In this document: positions 59,315 to 64,000 of the stretch, in pieces | How the letters are laid out: every line of letters begins with the position of its first letter | Position numbering within the stretch: position 1 is the first letter of the stretch | Assembly (NCBI GenBank): GCA_963664225.1 | Contig: OY760937.1 | Coordinates: 3,776,001 to 3,840,000 of the forward strand | Direction: 5' to 3' | Length of the DNA: 64,000 nt | Origin: Verrucomicrobiia bacterium | Lineage (GTDB): Bacteria; Verrucomicrobiota; Verrucomicrobiia; Limisphaerales; UBA1319 | Position numbers and translations under genes: made by a program | Notes under the pieces: model-generated | What the model was told of the DNA's origin: nothing | What the model saw: the letters and a program-made list of their open reading frames with translations, nothing else | Database searches by the model: none

Positions 59315-60930
59315 GATTCCAAAATCTCCGCCGCGTTTTTGGCGATGGTGGCTTCGAGTTCACGCGCCTGGGTGTTCAGGGTTTCAAGCTCCTCATTGAG
59401 GGCCTCGAATTGAGTCTTAAAATCCTCATCGCTGACTTCCAAGCCGGGGGCGACGCCCACGTAACGGCCCGGATTGAGGCTCCAGCCCTGGGCCTCGATT
59501 TCCTTGAGCGTGGCGGCCTTGCACAAACCGGGGATGTCGGTGTATTTCGGCTTCTTGCCGAAGACCTCTTTAAGCTTTGCCTCGGTTTCTCCATTGCCGA
59601 CGGTGAAATCAGGGGCCTCGCCGCGATAAAGGCGAACAATGTTGGCCAAAAAGGAAATCTGCACGGGCGTCCATTCCCGATGGGCGCGGTCAATCTGCCG
59701 GTAAATGTGCCGGGCATCGATAAACAGAACGGTGTCAGCACGGGGTGTCCGGGCCTTGCCTTTGTCCAGAAACCACAGAGTGCAGGGGAGGGTGACCGTA
59801 TAGAACATGTTCGGTCCCACGGCGACCATCACGTCCACGGCGTGGCTTTGAATGAGCTGCTGGCGGCTGTCTTGTTCAGAGGAACGGGCATCCGAGGCGG
59901 AATTGGCCATGACGAATCCAGCACGGCCCTTGGGATTCAGCGCGGAATAAAAAAGCTGAATCCAGAGGTAATTGGCATTGTCGGAGCGCGGCAGTCCGAA
60001 CGGGAAACGCCGGGCCGGGCCCACGGAGTCCTTGAGCCGCTCCTTATCCACCGCATCCACATTGAATGGGGGATTGGCCAGGACAAAATCGAAACGCCCC
60101 GTGGCGTCATGGGGGTCGTCGTAGTAGCTGTTGACGTTGCCGCCGTGCTTGACGTTGCCCTCGAGGCCATGAACGGCAAGGTTCATGCGGCAGAGGCGAC
60201 CGGTATCGTCGGTTTTTTCCACCCCATGAATGGCGAGTTCGGAGGAGGGATTCTTCTTATGCTCGGACACAAACCGCGCGGAGGAGACAAACATACCACC
60301 GGAGCCGCACGCGGGATCAAGAATGCGCCCGTGAAAAGGCTCAATGATTTCCGTCAGGAGCCGGACGAGGCAACTGGGGGTGTAGAATTCACCACCCTTT
60401 TGGCCTTCAGAACGGGCGAATTCCCCCAGAAAGTATTCATAGATGCGACCGAAAGCATCGTAATCCACGGAAACTGGAATCTCGGAAACGGATTTGAGCA
60501 ATTCCTTCAGCAGGGTGCTGGTAAAGAGATTAAAGGTCTTGGGGAGGACGCCAGCGAGCTGCGGGTTGTGTTTCTCGATGTCGCGCATGGCATCGTTGAC
60601 AGCCTTGCCGACGTCACTGGCCTCGGGGAGGGCGAGCAGGTTTTCATAACGGGCATTGAGGGTCAAATAAAGCACGCCGTCCGCGTGATAGGCGGCAGGT
60701 TCGTCAATGCGCGAGCCTCGACGCGAGGAGGAGGAGCTTTTCTCAAGTCTGGCGCGTTGAGCAATAAAGCGGACCTCGGCAAAGCGCAGAAAGATAAGGC
60801 CGAGAACCGGCGCGGAATATTCCTGGGACTTGAGACCGGAGTTGGCGCGAAACTGATCGGCTGCTGACCAAAGCCGCTTTTCCAAAGTGTCGGAAGCGGT
60901 ATCCTTTTCGACTGGTGCGACCCAATTCAT
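59311..60930 (-). CDS. hsdM: Type I R-M methyltransferase subunit
   Basis: [41 protein letters not shown]. Confidence 0.97.
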   Translation of the reverse strand: MNWVAPVEKDTASDTLEKRLWSAADQFRANSGLKSQEYSAPVLGLIFLRFAEVRFIAQRARLEKSSSSSRRGSRIDEPAAYHADGVLYLTLNARYENLLALPEASDVGKAVNDAMRDIEKHNPQLAGVLPKTFNLFTSTLLKELLKSVSEIPVSVDYDAFGRIYEYFLGEFARSEGQKGGEFYTPSCLVRLLTEIIEPFHGRILDPACGSGGMFVSSARFVSEHKKNPSSELAIHGVEKTDDTGRLCRMNLAVHGLEGNVKHGGNVNSYYDDPHDATGRFDFVLANPPFNVDAVDKERLKDSVGPARRFPFGLPRSDNANYLWIQLFYSALNPKGRAGFVMANSASDARSSEQDSRQQLIQSHAVDVMVAVGPNMFYTVTLPCTLWFLDKGKARTPRADTVLFIDARHIYRQIDRAHREWTPVQISFLANIVRLYRGEAPDFTVGNGETEAKLKEVFGKKPKYTDIPGLCKAATLKEIEAQGWSLNPGRYVGVAPGLEVSDEDFKTQFEALNEELETLNTQARELEATIAKNAAEILES

Positions 60931-61254
60931 GAATTAGGACTCTAATCTATAGGCTTAATGGAAATCTAGGCAAATCAAAAACCAGTGGCCATAAGGCGAT
61001 ATTTGAACTTCATGCAGAGTGAATTCTCTTGGCTCCTGAAAAGTGGAATTGGATGCGTGATCTTGCATAATTTTATGGACAGAAGGCCAAACCGATGCCG
61101 AATTGGATCTGATACTGCAATCTGATACTGGAGGGCTAAAAATGAGTCCTTTTGGGTCCAAAAGAGGGAAATTGAGGAAAAAAGAAAAATTTGCATGTCC
61201 CTTAGAGTCAACGTTTGTCCACGTGTGACCTGTTGAGTACCAAGCACTTACACG

Positions 61255-61294
61255 GATTATGAGTCGCCTGCTCTAACCGCTGAGCTATGGGCCC
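61255..61294 (-). tRNA. 5' half only of tRNA-Ile2/Met (CAT); probable att site at the island border
   Basis: Minus strand GGGCCCATAGCTCAGCGGTTAGAGCAGGCGACTCATAATC gives the acceptor 5' strand, D-arm and anticodon loop; the anticodon stem then fails and there is no T-arm. Confidence 0.85.
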
Positions 61295-61664
61295 AACTAA
61301 TTGAACTGCAATGACTTAAATGTGGTCAAAAATGCCAAAGTTGACATTTTGATACTGCATTACGCCACGCTAAGGACGAAAATGCGATTCCTTCTTCCAG
61401 CAACAGATCCCAATTTCCAGACGGATCATGTCAGGACCGGGCTGCGAATTGGTCCACTATAAACCATCGGGTGTGTATTTCGCCAGAGTTCGGATTCGAG
61501 GCAAGCTTTTTCGCCAGCGTGATTTTCTCCTGAGGTTGCTGCGGCCATGCACAAGGAGCCGATTACATGTGTCTAATTTGCAGCCAACTGGTTGCGCTTT
61601 TTGAAGTGTGTGCGACGGTGGACTCGTCTTTAAGACCAAATAAACTGGATTATAAGCAAGGAAT

Positions 61665-63557
61665 ATGATCATGAAGCAGCCTGGCGTCGAAAAGTCCCGC
61701 AGCGGGAAAATTTGGTCAATGGGTGTCGTTGCTTGTTGTTTGTGCATGCTGTTGGGCACGGCCTGGGGCGGCTTTGCTCAAGGCGCGCGTCTTCAGCCGC
61801 CCAAGCCGGATGGCAACGGCAATGTCATTCTTGAATTGCAGAGCCAAAGCCGGACCAATTATAGCGTTGAAAAATCCAGCGACCTGGCGACCTGGAATTT
61901 CCTTTTTTCGGGAATGACCAGCAATGGCATTTTGCGTTTCACCGATTCCCTGGACAGCTCCGACACACGGAATTTCTATCGCGGATGGGAGGGCACCAAC
62001 GAAATGGGCGGTCCTCCTCCCCAAGTCCATCAAACGCTCGATCCCGACCAGAGCGTCACCATGCTCGTAACGACCAATCAGGAGATCCTGACCCTCACCA
62101 ACCAGCAAGGAGTTCGTTTCACGCTGGAGGTGCCTGCCAACGCCTTTCTGGAACCGCAAATCATTTCGATGACCCTGGTGACCAACCTTGAGGGGCACCC
62201 CTTCGATGGCAGCAATCTCTGGGCGGTTGCGTTCGAGCCAGATGGCCTCGATTTTTTGGCGCCAGCCTTGTTGACCATTGATTTACCGGTTGCGGTGCCG
62301 GTTGAATCGCTGGCCAGCTTTTGGTATTCCGCAGACAGCACCGATTTCGGACTGATGCCCGACGCAATCTGGACGAATCGGATCCAGTTTCCGATTTACC
62401 ATTTCAGCGGCTACGGAGCCGGGACAACCGGCAGTGGGGCCTACCAGGCGCAGGCGAATCGATCGGTGCGCAATGCCTTCCAGCAACTCAATCAACAGAT
62501 CGCTGTGGAATTGCGAGGAGCACGCAAGGTGGGGAAACTGCCCTTCGGTGAGACCGCCTTGCCGGCGGACATCAAGAGCCAGGTTGCAGCTACCATTGAA
62601 AGTTTTCTCGATAAAAGGTATGGGCCGAACGGGCCTGTATTTATGGGGGACTGTTCCGGGGTCAATAAGGAGATTCTTCGAATCCCACAGATTCTGTTTC
62701 TCCTAAGGCGTCATGGCATGACGCAAGATGATGTCAGTCAGGGGGTGACACAAATGGTGGACAAGCTGTGTCCCGCCATCCAGGACTGCATGAGCAAGGC
62801 GCTCGCCGATTGCAGGGCGCAGAAACCCGGGGCATACGAGGCGTGCATCAGGCTCAAGCAAGCCGCCTTCGACAATATTAACACGTGCAATATCAGTTTC
62901 CCGTTGTCGATGCTTAGTCCCTGTGCGCCAGCGTGGGGCGGAACCCTGTGGTATCACGCTGAAGGCTCGACGAATGATGGCAAATCCTCGTCGAATCAAC
63001 GCAATGCTTTGACCAGAGTCGTAAAACTGGAAGTCAACGCCGTTGTGACGGACTCGATTGATTTTTCGCCTGCGGACGGCTCGCATATTTTTGCACTGAC
63101 GTTCGCGCGGAGCTGGCTTGCTGTCAGCAAAGGCAGTTCGACTGACGAAGCCTGGGGTTGTGAAGGCGCCGCGGATTATCCGAATGGCCTGAATTCGGTC
63201 ATGAAGAAAAACTTGATGCAGTTTCGGACCAACGACGAGCAAAGCGTGCAACTGATGATTTCCGGCACCAATGTGACGATGCTCTCTTCCGTGGGCAGCA
63301 TTTCCGGCCTGTTCGACGGTCCCATGGACTTGACCACAACAACCACCAAAAATGTGGATTGTTTTGGAAAAACTCTGAGTTTTTCCGTCAAGACCGCGAC
63401 ATCGAATTGGGGCTGGCCGGGTCAGGCAGACACCAAAGCCCCGAGTCAGGTTTTGATCACCACCAATTTGATTCAGATTAGTTGGACCAATTACAGCATG
63501 ATCATGGATGCGCCTGTGGCCGAGAGAGTTTATCTCCAGCTTATCAAGAACGAGTAA
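61665..63557 (+). CDS. Secreted hypothetical protein
   Basis: Signal-like hydrophobic segment; YSVEKSSDLATW...NFYRG module; FEPDGLDFLAPALLTI...IYHFSGYG (ZU5-like). Confidence 0.75.
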   Translation: MIMKQPGVEKSRSGKIWSMGVVACCLCMLLGTAWGGFAQGARLQPPKPDGNGNVILELQSQSRTNYSVEKSSDLATWNFLFSGMTSNGILRFTDSLDSSDTRNFYRGWEGTNEMGGPPPQVHQTLDPDQSVTMLVTTNQEILTLTNQQGVRFTLEVPANAFLEPQIISMTLVTNLEGHPFDGSNLWAVAFEPDGLDFLAPALLTIDLPVAVPVESLASFWYSADSTDFGLMPDAIWTNRIQFPIYHFSGYGAGTTGSGAYQAQANRSVRNAFQQLNQQIAVELRGARKVGKLPFGETALPADIKSQVAATIESFLDKRYGPNGPVFMGDCSGVNKEILRIPQILFLLRRHGMTQDDVSQGVTQMVDKLCPAIQDCMSKALADCRAQKPGAYEACIRLKQAAFDNINTCNISFPLSMLSPCAPAWGGTLWYHAEGSTNDGKSSSNQRNALTRVVKLEVNAVVTDSIDFSPADGSHIFALTFARSWLAVSKGSSTDEAWGCEGAADYPNGLNSVMKKNLMQFRTNDEQSVQLMISGTNVTMLSSVGSISGLFDGPMDLTTTTTKNVDCFGKTLSFSVKTATSNWGWPGQADTKAPSQVLITTNLIQISWTNYSMIMDAPVAERVYLQLIKNE

Positions 63558-63610
63558 CCTGGGAAATGCCCGGATCAAAAAAGCCTTCTGAATTTGGGAT
63601 TCCTGCTTCA

Positions 63611-63883
63611 TCACTCAAAAAACCGTTCGAGGTCCTGGAAGACAGGATGGTCGGCCGGGTGGCGGCGGACTTCGTGGACATCCGCGAGCTTTTCGAGCTG
63701 GCGCACTACTTGATCGAGGCGGATATCTTCGCAGACGCGCAGCCAGATGCGACTGCGAGACGGGTCGGCCAGCGGCAGGCAGAGGATGCCATCCACGTTG
63801 AAGGCGCGGCGGGCGAAGAGGCCCATGACATGGGACATGACGCCTGGGTGATTCGAGACGGTGAGTTGGAGAATGGTGTTCAT
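63611..63883 (-). CDS. ilvN: Acetolactate synthase small (ACT) subunit
   Basis: LQLTVSNHPGVMSHVMGLFARRAFNVDGILCLP...QLEKLADV. Confidence 0.93.
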   Translation of the reverse strand: MNTILQLTVSNHPGVMSHVMGLFARRAFNVDGILCLPLADPSRSRIWLRVCEDIRLDQVVRQLEKLADVHEVRRHPADHPVFQDLERFFE

Positions 63884-63920
63884 ATTTACAGGTGTGCAGG
63901 TGTATTGCGCGATTCAGGAT

Positions 63921-64000
63921 TCATGCGTGCGTCAGCATTTGCGAGTTGGGTCCACCGGGGCGCACCATTGGAAACACTTTATCATACACATCCACCGGGG
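63921..64000 (-). CDS. ilvB: 3' end of acetolactate synthase large subunit (partial)
   Basis: ...DVYDKVFPMVRPGGPNSQMLTHA*, directly upstream of ilvN. Confidence 0.75.
   Translation of the reverse strand, partial: PVDVYDKVFPMVRPGGPNSQMLTHA

Noticed and set aside
59410..60867. 485-aa plus-strand ORF (likewise 39318-40196, 40443-41327, 50855-51724, and minus-strand 62703-63614)
   Set aside because: Antisense shadows of well-supported GC3-rich genes.
61100..61294. Complete or group I intron-containing tRNA
   Set aside because: The anticodon loop continues uninterrupted to AATC, and no T-arm, 3' exon or intron core is recognisable before hsdM.

Overview
Most of the window (<1 to about 61,290) is one large integrated mobile element or defence island. 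The host is probably a Verrucomicrobium, inferred from the 'W..S..Y.V..S.DL..W...FYR' modules in its secreted proteins. The right border is a 5' half of tRNA-Ile2/Met(CAT); ordinary chromosome (secreted protein, ilvN, end of ilvB) follows. The backbone has a VirD4/TraD-like coupling protein (missed by the ORF track), an excisionase-like HTH, a MobF relaxase-helicase, ParA plus an RHH partner with centromere-like 8-bp repeats, a Rep with three iterons, and an anti-defence pair (DNA MTase, ArdC) each preceded by a duplicated structured leader. Cargo: (i) an AT-richer cyclophilin / secreted alpha-beta hydrolase / immunity-like block; (ii) an intact IS66 and a decayed IS4; (iii) a MACPF-tail-collar fusion; (iv) a rearranged MADS/DptFGH-like operon with an R-M-S fusion MTase and a Ser/Thr kinase moved onto the HerA/nuclease subunit, running straight into a four-gene module (Na+:solute symporter, B12 radical SAM, MinD/ParA-like ATPase, HD protein), which is the best candidate for an undescribed system; (v) a type I R-M operon with RhuM, SIR2-HerA, a HEPN/ApeA-like gene and a Schlafen gene nested in or after it. 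All family calls come from reading motifs by eye; no database search was run.
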